A DNA stretch of 32,000 nt from Nostoc punctiforme PCC 73102 (GTDB taxonomy: Bacteria; Cyanobacteriota; Cyanobacteriia; Cyanobacteriales; Nostocaceae), in assembly GCF_000020025.1 (NCBI RefSeq), contig NC_010628.1, forward strand, positions 7,710,001 through 7,742,000, read 5' to 3'. The position numbers were made by a program, and so were the translations under genes. Under the pieces are notes generated by a model. The model made no database searches and was not told where the DNA came from. It saw only the letters and a program-made list of their open reading frames with translations. Below, piece by piece: positions 16,917-23,424 of this stretch. How positions within the stretch are numbered: the stretch's first letter is position 1; each line of letters opens with the position of its first letter.

Positions 16917-18146
16917 ATGGGTGTAATTGTATTAGGATTGACGCTGTTATCATTGGCAATTTGGTTAGGATTACTGTGTTTTTGGGGACAATTTTGGCGG
17001 ACAGACCAGCAATTAGAGGTAGAGACGTTGTATAAAACGTCTCTACAATCATTACCTGTGGTTTGTGCCGTGGTTCCAGCGCGTAACGAAGCTGAGTTAA
17101 TACCAACCAGCTTGCGATCGCTCCTACTCCTAGATTATCCTGGTTCTTTTAACGTATTTTTGGTAGACGATCGCAGTACAGATCGGACAGCAAATTTTGC
17201 CGAAGGGGTTGCACACGCTGTAGGTAAACCCCAGCAATTGCATATTATCTCTGGCGAATCACTGCCTGCTGGTTGGTCGGGCAAACTTTGGGCTGTTGAG
17301 CAAGGTATAAAAAGTGCTAGTAAATTCGCACCCGACTATTTTTTACTGACCGATGCAGATATCGAACACGATCCTGGTAATCTCCGCCGACTCGTTGCGA
17401 AGGCTGTTCAAGAAGATTTAGACTTGGTTTCGGTAATGGTGCGACTCAGATGTGAGAGCTTTTGGGAAAAACTTTTGATTCCGGCTTTCGTGTTTTTCTT
17501 CCAAAAACTCTATCCCTTTCGTTGGGTTAATAATCCAAACAATCCCACAGCCGCCGCAGCTGGAGGTTCTATTCTGATCGCCCGTGAAGCTTTAGAACGA
17601 ATTGGAGGCATTCAAGTGATTCGCCAAGCTTTAATCGACGATTGCGCCCTAGCTCAAGCTGTTAAGAAGAATGGGGGACAAGGGGACAAGGAGACAAGGG
17701 GAATAAACAAAATTCCTAGTCAAGGGCGTATCTGGTTAGGATTGAGTAGCTTGACTCACAGTCTACGTCCTTATGACTCGCTAGCGACAATTTGGGATAT
17801 GGTTGCTCGTACTGCCTATACTCAACTAAATTATTCGCCATTACTACTCTTGGGCACTTTGGTGGGAATGCCTTTGATTTATCTAGTTTCACCTGTGTGT
17901 GTAATTCTAGGTATAGTTTGGGGCAATTGGGCGATCGCACTTACGGGTTTATTAGGATGGCTATTGATGACTTTCGCTTACTACCCGACAATCCGCTTTT
18001 ATAAATGTTCTCCGTGGTTCGCGTTGAGCTTGCCTGCGATCGCGTTTCTCTATACGCTGATGACTTTAGACTCAGCATTACGTCATTGGCAAGGGCGCGG
18101 CGGCGCTTGGAAAGGAAGAGTTTACCCCAGTTCGGATAATTTATAG
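16917..18146 (+). CDS. hpnB: Family-2 glycosyltransferase, hopanoid-associated (HpnB-like)
   Basis: 409 aa with an N-terminal TM helix and a GT2 core (VVPARNEAE, FLVDDRSTD, LLTDADIEH). The C-terminal TM helices end in GRGGAWKGR. It is divergently adjacent to shc. Confidence 0.7.
   Translation: MGVIVLGLTLLSLAIWLGLLCFWGQFWRTDQQLEVETLYKTSLQSLPVVCAVVPARNEAELIPTSLRSLLLLDYPGSFNVFLVDDRSTDRTANFAEGVAHAVGKPQQLHIISGESLPAGWSGKLWAVEQGIKSASKFAPDYFLLTDADIEHDPGNLRRLVAKAVQEDLDLVSVMVRLRCESFWEKLLIPAFVFFFQKLYPFRWVNNPNNPTAAAAGGSILIAREALERIGGIQVIRQALIDDCALAQAVKKNGGQGDKETRGINKIPSQGRIWLGLSSLTHSLRPYDSLATIWDMVARTAYTQLNYSPLLLLGTLVGMPLIYLVSPVCVILGIVWGNWAIALTGLLGWLLMTFAYYPTIRFYKCSPWFALSLPAIAFLYTLMTLDSALRHWQGRGGAWKGRVYPSSDNL
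17019..17046. repeat. Hairpin repeat GTAGAGACGTT-GTATAA-AACGTCTCTAC lying inside the hpnB reading frame
   Basis: It has an 11-bp perfect stem and the same GTAGAGACG...CGTCTCTAC termini as the intergenic copies. It is translated as (E)VETLYKTSLQ between the N-terminal TM helix and the GT2 core. Confidence 0.8.
17674..17702. repeat. Octamer tandem repeat GGGGACAA x ~3.6 inside hpnB
   Basis: Reads ggggacaa ggggacaa ggagacaa gggga and is translated as GGQGDKETRG. Confidence 0.8.
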
Positions 18147-18164
18147 TTAGAATAAAATTAAATT

Positions 18165-18174
18165 TCGATATCGA
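18165..18174. promoter_or_regulatory. 10-bp palindrome TCGATATCGA ~50 bp upstream of the two-gene AbiEii module (candidate operator)
   Basis: It is a perfect palindrome in the 78-bp spacer after hpnB. The position fits autoregulated TA promoters, but the function is inferred only. Confidence 0.25.
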
Positions 18175-18224
18175 TAGTGCTAATCTAAATAAAAGTAAGC
18201 TGAAAGTGGTTGATTAAAAGAGCT

Positions 18225-18461
18225 ATGACAACCGCAACAACAACAAATAATCCTGTTACTGTCCCCAAAAAGCTGCCTTTTCTGGAGTCAATTTGTTGGC
18301 AGACTGCCGATGTGTATCGGTTTACTTCAGAACAAATGCTGAGTCGCTATGAGCGTGGCTGGCAGTATCATAATCTATTTAATAATCTTGAAGGTGAAGA
18401 ACTCAATTTTGTTCAGGAACTCGCTAGACGCTATAAGTCCTGGTTGCAAGTTTGTTTATGA
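18225..18461 (+). CDS. 78-aa protein of unknown family, putative cognate partner (antitoxin) of the downstream nucleotidyltransferase
   Basis: ATG at 18225 (the track starts at a TTG at 18210). Its TGA stop overlaps the downstream ATG (ATGA at 18458-18461). I see no recognisable HTH. Confidence 0.55.
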   Translation: MTTATTTNNPVTVPKKLPFLESICWQTADVYRFTSEQMLSRYERGWQYHNLFNNLEGEELNFVQELARRYKSWLQVCL

Positions 18462-19237
18462 CCTTCAGGTTAGAACACCATAATCAAATTCTCACAGTTC
18501 TTGAATCTTTAGATTCGGACATACTTAGGAAGGGTTCTGCTTACTTTGGTGGCGGAACCCTTCTTGCATTTGAGTTTGAAGAATATCGCTGGAGTAAGGA
18601 TATTGATTTTATTGCTTCTGTTGGTACAGAAGGCTATAAATATTTACGTACAGTGGTATTTGAAGGTGGGCATGAAGCATTGTTTCGTGATTTAAGCAAA
18701 ATCCAAGTTGGACGTAGCACAACTGACCAATATGGAATTCGGATGATCGTTTTTGTGGATGATATGCCGATTAAAACGGAAATTATCGCTGAAACTCGTT
18801 TTCAGCTAGACCCACCAAGATATCCAAAGTGGTCACTCGTCCCTTGCTTAAGCTTCAATGACTGTTTTACCTCTAAGCTGCTGTCAAATTCTGATCGTTA
18901 CGCGGATGACAGTGTTGAAGCAAGAGATTTGATCGATCTAGCAATTCTTAGGCTGCAATCTCGAATCCCTCAAGCATCAATTGAGAAGGCTGAAAAAGCT
19001 TATCAGGTTATGCGCCCTTTGAAAAGAGCGATTGAACTCTTTCAGGGAAGACCTGATTACAGGGAGAAATGCTTTCTCAGTCTACAAGTTGATCAAGCTC
19101 AGATACCCAAAATTCTCGATGGTATTGATTTACTCTCAACAGATTTAGGTTTATCTCACACTCCAAGGGCTTTTCAAGAACAACATGATATCTTGGCTGA
19201 TTTAGAAACACAAATTAAAAAACAAGAAGATTCTTAA
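18458..19237 (+). CDS. AbiEii/AbiGii (DUF1814) family nucleotidyltransferase, putative type IV toxin
   Basis: 259 aa with motifs matching AbiEii: FGGGTLLAF (GG[ST]AL-like), RWSKDIDF (R.S.DxDF) and K..LSNSDRYADDSVEARDLIDL (K...R..RDxxDL). Confidence 0.7.
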   Translation: MTFRLEHHNQILTVLESLDSDILRKGSAYFGGGTLLAFEFEEYRWSKDIDFIASVGTEGYKYLRTVVFEGGHEALFRDLSKIQVGRSTTDQYGIRMIVFVDDMPIKTEIIAETRFQLDPPRYPKWSLVPCLSFNDCFTSKLLSNSDRYADDSVEARDLIDLAILRLQSRIPQASIEKAEKAYQVMRPLKRAIELFQGRPDYREKCFLSLQVDQAQIPKILDGIDLLSTDLGLSHTPRAFQEQHDILADLETQIKKQEDS

Positions 19238-19252
19238 AACAGATCGCGTTAT

Positions 19253-19310
19253 CCAATGCCCAATGCCCCATTCCCCATTCCCCATTTCCCATTACCCATT
19301 CCCCATTCCT
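19253..19310. repeat. STRR-like heptamer tandem repeat (CCCCATT/CCCAATG), about 8 units
   Basis: Reads ccaatgc ccaatgc cccattc cccattc cccattt cccatta cccattc cccattc. It abuts and overlaps the stop codon of the ArsR-family gene. Confidence 0.8.
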
Positions 19311-19659
19311 AAACCCTTGAAGCTGTTTGTTTATCACTCGCAGGACTAACAGGCAATGGTTGAGCCGCTTTCAATACCGCATCCAGCAACCCTGGAAATA
19401 GCACCTCTAAATCTTCACGCCGTAGTATGTTGATGTGATGTGTCCCTTCTTTACGTGTAAAGACTATCCCAGACTCCCGCAAAATCTTAAAATGATTGGA
19501 CATTGTAGACTTTGCGATCGCAAAATCGAACTGGGCACAGCATTGTTCCCCCTCAGTGGCCAGCAGTCGCACAATCTCTAGCCGCACTGGATCGCCCAAT
19601 GCATACAGCACTCCCGGTAAAGAAATATTTTTTCTATCTGGATGATAAAGAAATCTCAT
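19309..19659 (-). CDS. ArsR/SmtB-family winged-helix transcriptional regulator with a Cys-Cys pair
   Basis: 116 aa. It has LGDPVRLEIVRLL, a vicinal CC (GEQCCAQF) at the position of the ArsR ELCVCDL site, and the recognition helix STMSNHFKILRESGIV. Confidence 0.85.
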   Translation of the reverse strand: MRFLYHPDRKNISLPGVLYALGDPVRLEIVRLLATEGEQCCAQFDFAIAKSTMSNHFKILRESGIVFTRKEGTHHINILRREDLEVLFPGLLDAVLKAAQPLPVSPASDKQTASRV

Positions 19660-19692
19660 AGTTGCATTATCTCATCGAGTGGCATATATTTT

Positions 19693-19717
19693 TATTATTC
19701 GATATTATCGAATAATA
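19693..19717. promoter_or_regulatory. Perfect 12-1-12 palindrome TATTATTCGATA-T-TATCGAATAATA in the arsR-like/trx divergent promoter region (candidate ArsR-family operator)
   Basis: The arms are exact reverse complements. It lies 34 bp from the regulator start and 23 bp from the trx start. ArsR/SmtB repressors typically bind 12-2-12-type inverted repeats. Confidence 0.6.
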
Positions 19718-19739
19718 GAATTAATTAGGAAGGCAATTT

Positions 19740-20063
19740 ATGTCATCCATTACAAATGTCACAGAAGCCACATTCAAGCAAGAAGTCTTGGAAAGTGAAA
19801 TTCCGGTCTTAGTAGACTTTTGGGCCCCGTGGTGCGGCCCTTGCCGGATGGTAGGCCCAGTAGTCGATGAAGTTGCTGCGGAATACGAAGGACAGGTGAA
19901 ATTTGTGAAGCTGAACACAGATCAGAATCCTACTGTCGCCAGCCATTATGGAATTCGCAGCATTCCGACGCTGATGGTTTTTAAGGGAGGTCGGCAGGTT
20001 GATACTGTCGTAGGGGCAGTCCCAAAAACCACCTTGAATAAGACCTTAGCACAGCATCTTTAA
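19740..20063 (+). CDS. trxA: Thioredoxin
   Basis: 107 aa with the WCGPC active site and a canonical m-type-like sequence ([15 protein letters not shown]...[13 protein letters not shown]). Confidence 0.9.
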   Translation: MSSITNVTEATFKQEVLESEIPVLVDFWAPWCGPCRMVGPVVDEVAAEYEGQVKFVKLNTDQNPTVASHYGIRSIPTLMVFKGGRQVDTVVGAVPKTTLNKTLAQHL

Positions 20064-20118
20064 TCTAGGTACTGTTGTGAGAAGCATTTAGTTTCTAGTC
20101 TTCTCTAATCAAGGGAGG

Positions 20119-20195
20119 CAGGAGTCAGAATACACCTGACTTCTGTACAGACGCGATTAATCGCGTCTCTCCCCACTCCTGACTTCTGACTCCTG
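20119..20195. repeat. Nested palindromic repeat: hairpin core AGACGCGATTAATCGCGTCT inside heptamer-type repeats; probable terminator after trx
   Basis: The outer inverted repeat is CAGGAGTCAGAA (20119-20130) / TTCTGACTCCTG (20184-20195). An 11-bp direct repeat CCTGACTTCTG (20135-20145 and 20178-20188) flanks the core hairpin. Confidence 0.8.
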
Positions 20196-20227
20196 AATTC
20201 TGTTTCAACTAATGGGGAAAGAGCGAA

Positions 20228-21022
20228 ATGGACTTGAAATTGCATGGTAAATCCGCGCTAGTGAGCGGCTCAACCGCAGGTATTGGTTTAGCGATCGCCC
20301 AAGCGCTAGCTCAAGAAGGTGCATCAGTAATTGTCAATGGTCGGTCTGAAGAAAGAGTAACCCAAGCGATCGCTAAAATTCAACAAAGTACACCTGAAGC
20401 GAAAGTTTCTGGCGTTGTTGCTGACACAAGTACTGCATCAGGGGTAGAGGAACTCTTTCAAAAAGTTCCTCACGTTGATATCCTCATTAATAATCTGGGT
20501 ATTTATGAGCCAAAAACCTTTTTTGATATTACCGATGAAGATTGGTTAAACATATTTCAGGTTAACGTTCTCAGTGGAGTCCGTTTGAGTCGGCAATATC
20601 TGCAAAAGCAGCTAGAGCAAAACTGGGGACGGATAATTTTTATCTCCAGCGAATCTGCGATTCAAATTCCGGTGGAAATGATTCACTATGGCACAACTAA
20701 GACAGCGCAACTAGCCATTGCACGAGGTCTAGCAGAAATGACTATCGGGACTGGAGTCACTGTAAACTCCGTCCTCCCCGGGCCAACCCGTTCAGAAGGA
20801 GTTGAAGAGTTTATCACCAACCTGGCGCAGGAACGTGGTATCAATCGTGCTGAAGTCGAGGCTGAGTTTTTTCAAAATGTGCGTCCAAGTTCCTTAATCA
20901 AACGCTTTGCAACTAATGAAGAAGTAGCTGCGATCGTAGTTTACCTTTCTAGTCCTGTAGCTTCAGCAACTAATGGTGCAGCTTTGCGGGTAGATGGTGG
21001 CGTTATTCGGTCAATTGTTTAG
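20228..21022 (+). CDS. Short-chain dehydrogenase/reductase (SDR) family oxidoreductase
   Basis: 264 aa with the GSTAGIG cofactor motif, NNLG, and the YGTTK catalytic Y-x3-K. Confidence 0.85.
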   Translation: MDLKLHGKSALVSGSTAGIGLAIAQALAQEGASVIVNGRSEERVTQAIAKIQQSTPEAKVSGVVADTSTASGVEELFQKVPHVDILINNLGIYEPKTFFDITDEDWLNIFQVNVLSGVRLSRQYLQKQLEQNWGRIIFISSESAIQIPVEMIHYGTTKTAQLAIARGLAEMTIGTGVTVNSVLPGPTRSEGVEEFITNLAQERGINRAEVEAEFFQNVRPSSLIKRFATNEEVAAIVVYLSSPVASATNGAALRVDGGVIRSIV

Positions 21023-21146
21023 TATTTGAACCACATTTCGTAGGCGTACAGTCAACTTAACGTTATAAAGGGCGGTTAGAAAGCGCGTCTACACTAAACT
21101 TTACCCACCTGCGTGGGTTAAAAAACTTTGAATTGGAGTAAACAAC

Positions 21147-22259
21147 ATGACTACTGAGATCAATTTATTCTCTTCTTACCAATTAGGGAATTTGGAACTC
21201 CCTAACCGAATTGTGATGGCACCCTTAACCCGAAACCGAGCCAGTAAGGGAAACGTGCCATACGAACTGAATGCTACCTACTACGCTCAACGTGCTTCCG
21301 CCGGATTGATTATTTCTGAAGCAACACAGGTAACTCCTGAAGGACAAGGTTATCCCGCTACACCAGGAATTCATTCACCAGAACAGGTGGAAGGATGGAA
21401 GTTAATAACTGATGCCGTACATCAGCAGGGTGGAAGAATTTTTCTGCAACTATGGCATGTAGGCAGAATTTCCCATCCTGACTTACAACCAAATGGAGCT
21501 TTACCTGTGGCACCTTCTGCCATTGCTCCTAAAGGTGAAGCTGCAACTTATGAGGGGCCAAAACCCTTTGTTACTCCCCGCGCTTTAGAAACTTCAGAAA
21601 TACCGCAAATAGTAGAACAGTATCGTCAGGGAGCTGCAAATGCTCTAGCGGCTGGGTTTGATGGGGTAGAAATTCACTCAGCTAATGGTTATTTAATAGA
21701 TCAATTTCTCCGCGATCGCACCAATCAACGTACAGATAAATATGGAGGTTCCATTGAGAATCGCACCCGATTCTTGTTGGAAGTGACAGAGGCGGTAACT
21801 AGTGTGTGGGATTCTAACCGAGTTGGGGTTCGTTTGTCTCCCAGTGGGACTTTTAATGATATAGGTGACTCCAATCCCCTAGAGACATTCGGTTATGCGG
21901 CTCAAGCGTTGAACCAGTTTAATTTGGCATATCTGCATATTTATGAGGCAACCGAGGCAGATATCAGACATGGCGGGATAATTGTACCCACCAGTCATAT
22001 CCGCGATCGCTTTACAGGTACACTCATCGTCAATGGTGGTTATACCCGTGAAAAAGGTGATGCAGTGCTGGCAAACAAAGCAGCAGATTTAGTTGCCTTT
22101 GGCACATTATTTATATCAAACCCAGATTTACCCCGACGCTTGGCTTTAAATGCACCACTAAATGAAGCAAATCAAGCAACCTTTTATGGTGGCGGTGAAC
22201 AAGGATATACAGACTATCCATTTTGGTCGGCTGCTAATGAGGCGGTAGCTAAGGCGTAA
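21147..22259 (+). CDS. Old Yellow Enzyme family alkene reductase (NemA-like NADH:flavin oxidoreductase)
   Basis: 370 aa, close by eye to E. coli NemA: NRIVMAPLTR, YYAQRASAGLIISEATQV, GIHSPEQVEGWK, LQLWHVGRISH and HSANGYLIDQFL. Confidence 0.9.
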   Translation: MTTEINLFSSYQLGNLELPNRIVMAPLTRNRASKGNVPYELNATYYAQRASAGLIISEATQVTPEGQGYPATPGIHSPEQVEGWKLITDAVHQQGGRIFLQLWHVGRISHPDLQPNGALPVAPSAIAPKGEAATYEGPKPFVTPRALETSEIPQIVEQYRQGAANALAAGFDGVEIHSANGYLIDQFLRDRTNQRTDKYGGSIENRTRFLLEVTEAVTSVWDSNRVGVRLSPSGTFNDIGDSNPLETFGYAAQALNQFNLAYLHIYEATEADIRHGGIIVPTSHIRDRFTGTLIVNGGYTREKGDAVLANKAADLVAFGTLFISNPDLPRRLALNAPLNEANQATFYGGGEQGYTDYPFWSAANEAVAKA

Positions 22260-22448
22260 TTCGTAATTATGACTTCATGACTGTACCTTGCGCGTGCCGT
22301 AGGCAAATCGTTTGTTCTGAAACAAGAAATAATTTTTATTTTTGTTTCGGGAATAAATAGATTTGCTTGTATCCTAATTACGTTAGCGCCACGCAAAGCG
22401 AGTCTGCGTTAGCTTTTAGCGTCTCGTAGAGAACGTAATTACGAATTA
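22257..22448. mobile_element. MITE-like non-autonomous element, ~192 bp, with 13-bp perfect terminal inverted repeats
   Basis: TAATTCGTAATTA (22257-22269) is the exact reverse complement of TAATTACGAATTA (22436-22448). The interior has no credible ORF and carries Nostoc-type repeat motifs (gcgtctcgtagagaacg). The left TIR begins with the OYE stop codon TAA. Confidence 0.55.
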
Positions 22449-22480
22449 TTTGGTCATAACTCAACTATCAGGAGAATCTC

Positions 22481-23146
22481 ATGAGTTCCATCACCCAAAC
22501 CATACCTTTAGATGTACCCAGTGCGATCGCTCAACGTCGTTCAATCAAAACTTTTAAAGCAGACCCCATTGCCCCAGAACTGCTCAAGCAACTGGTAGAG
22601 TTAACCGTGGCAGCGCCCAGTAGTTATAATATCCAGGACTGGCAAATTATTCTCGTGCAAGATGAGGCGCAAAAGGCAGCATTATCAGCAGCATCGTGGA
22701 ATCAACAGCAAATTGTTCAAGCACCTGTAACCTTCGTTTTTGCCGCCGATCCTAACGCAGGCGAACAAAACTTGGCCGCGATTTTGGAGCGTGCAAGTGA
22801 AACTGGAGCATGGAATGAAGGCACGGTAAACTATTTTAAAACCGCCATCCCACAATTTCAAGCTGGGTTAGGCGACAAACGACGCGAATATGCAATCAAA
22901 GATGCCATAATTGCTGCTACTCATTTGGTGTTAGCAGCAGAAAGTTTGGGATTATCCACTTGTTTTATGAACGGTTGGATTGAGGATAGGGTAAAACAAG
23001 TGATTGGTGCTGGGGATAATCCAGATTTAGCGATCGCTGTTTTAGTTCCCGTTGGCTATGCAGCCGAACCACGCTTAAATCCAGGTCGTTTACCATTCTC
23101 TTCTAACGTCTCTGTGGATAGAATCGGTAATCCTTATGCAGGGTAG
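22481..23146 (+). CDS. Nitroreductase family protein
   Basis: 221 aa with RRSIKTF near the N-terminus and AAPSSYNIQDW. AGGAG lies 7 nt upstream of the ATG. Confidence 0.85.
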   Translation: MSSITQTIPLDVPSAIAQRRSIKTFKADPIAPELLKQLVELTVAAPSSYNIQDWQIILVQDEAQKAALSAASWNQQQIVQAPVTFVFAADPNAGEQNLAAILERASETGAWNEGTVNYFKTAIPQFQAGLGDKRREYAIKDAIIAATHLVLAAESLGLSTCFMNGWIEDRVKQVIGAGDNPDLAIAVLVPVGYAAEPRLNPGRLPFSSNVSVDRIGNPYAG

Positions 23147-23189
23147 CTTTCCTTAAATTGGGCATAAAGGAAGAGGTAAAAGAGTCGAG

Positions 23190-23251
23190 TTCTGAGCCTC
23201 ATTAATGGAGTTCAAAAGCTCATTGACGAGGCTTTGAGGTTCATCAACGAA
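23190..23251. repeat. Three degenerate tandem units of ~21 nt with core CTCATTnAnGAG
   Basis: The units are ttctgagcctcattaatggag, ttcaaaagctcattgacgag and gctttgaggttcatcaacgaa. Confidence 0.55.
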
Positions 23252-23257
23252 GCTCTA

Positions 23258-23296
23258 GGACTCGTGAATGACTATTAAAGACCCATTCACGAGTCC
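23258..23296. other. 13-bp perfect inverted repeat GGACTCGTGAATG...CATTCACGAGTCC (13-nt loop) adjoining the tandem units
   Basis: The arms at 23258-23270 and 23284-23296 are exact reverse complements. There is no U-tract on either strand. Confidence 0.6.
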
Positions 23297-23368
23297 CATT
23301 TATACCTACTCGATAAATTATAGATATTGATTTCTGCTCCACCACTCCCAATACCGTTCGGTTAAGAC

Positions 23369-23396
23369 AAGAGACGCTATGAATCGCCGTCTCTAC
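23369..23396. repeat. Degenerate copy of the GTAGAGACGCG...CGCGTCTCTAC hairpin repeat, 29 nt upstream of the MFS start
   Basis: aAGAGACGCtATgAATCGCcGTCTCTAC retains the termini and a 7-bp stem. Confidence 0.6.
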
Positions 23397-23424
23397 AATA
23401 ATCTGCCACCACTCCCTACTCATC

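Noticed and set aside
16007-18004. ORFs 16007-16306, 16735-16926, 16915-17106, 17716-17940 and 17792-18004 overlapping shc or hpnB
   Set aside because: They are embedded in or antisense to well-supported genes, and they show no motifs.
18165-19717. Similarity between the TCGATATCGA palindrome upstream of the AbiEii module and the ArsR operator candidate (both contain TTCGATAT...ATCGA)
   Set aside because: The half-site spacing differs by 3 nt and the shared core is short and AT-rich. It is probably coincidence, so I do not claim a regulatory link.
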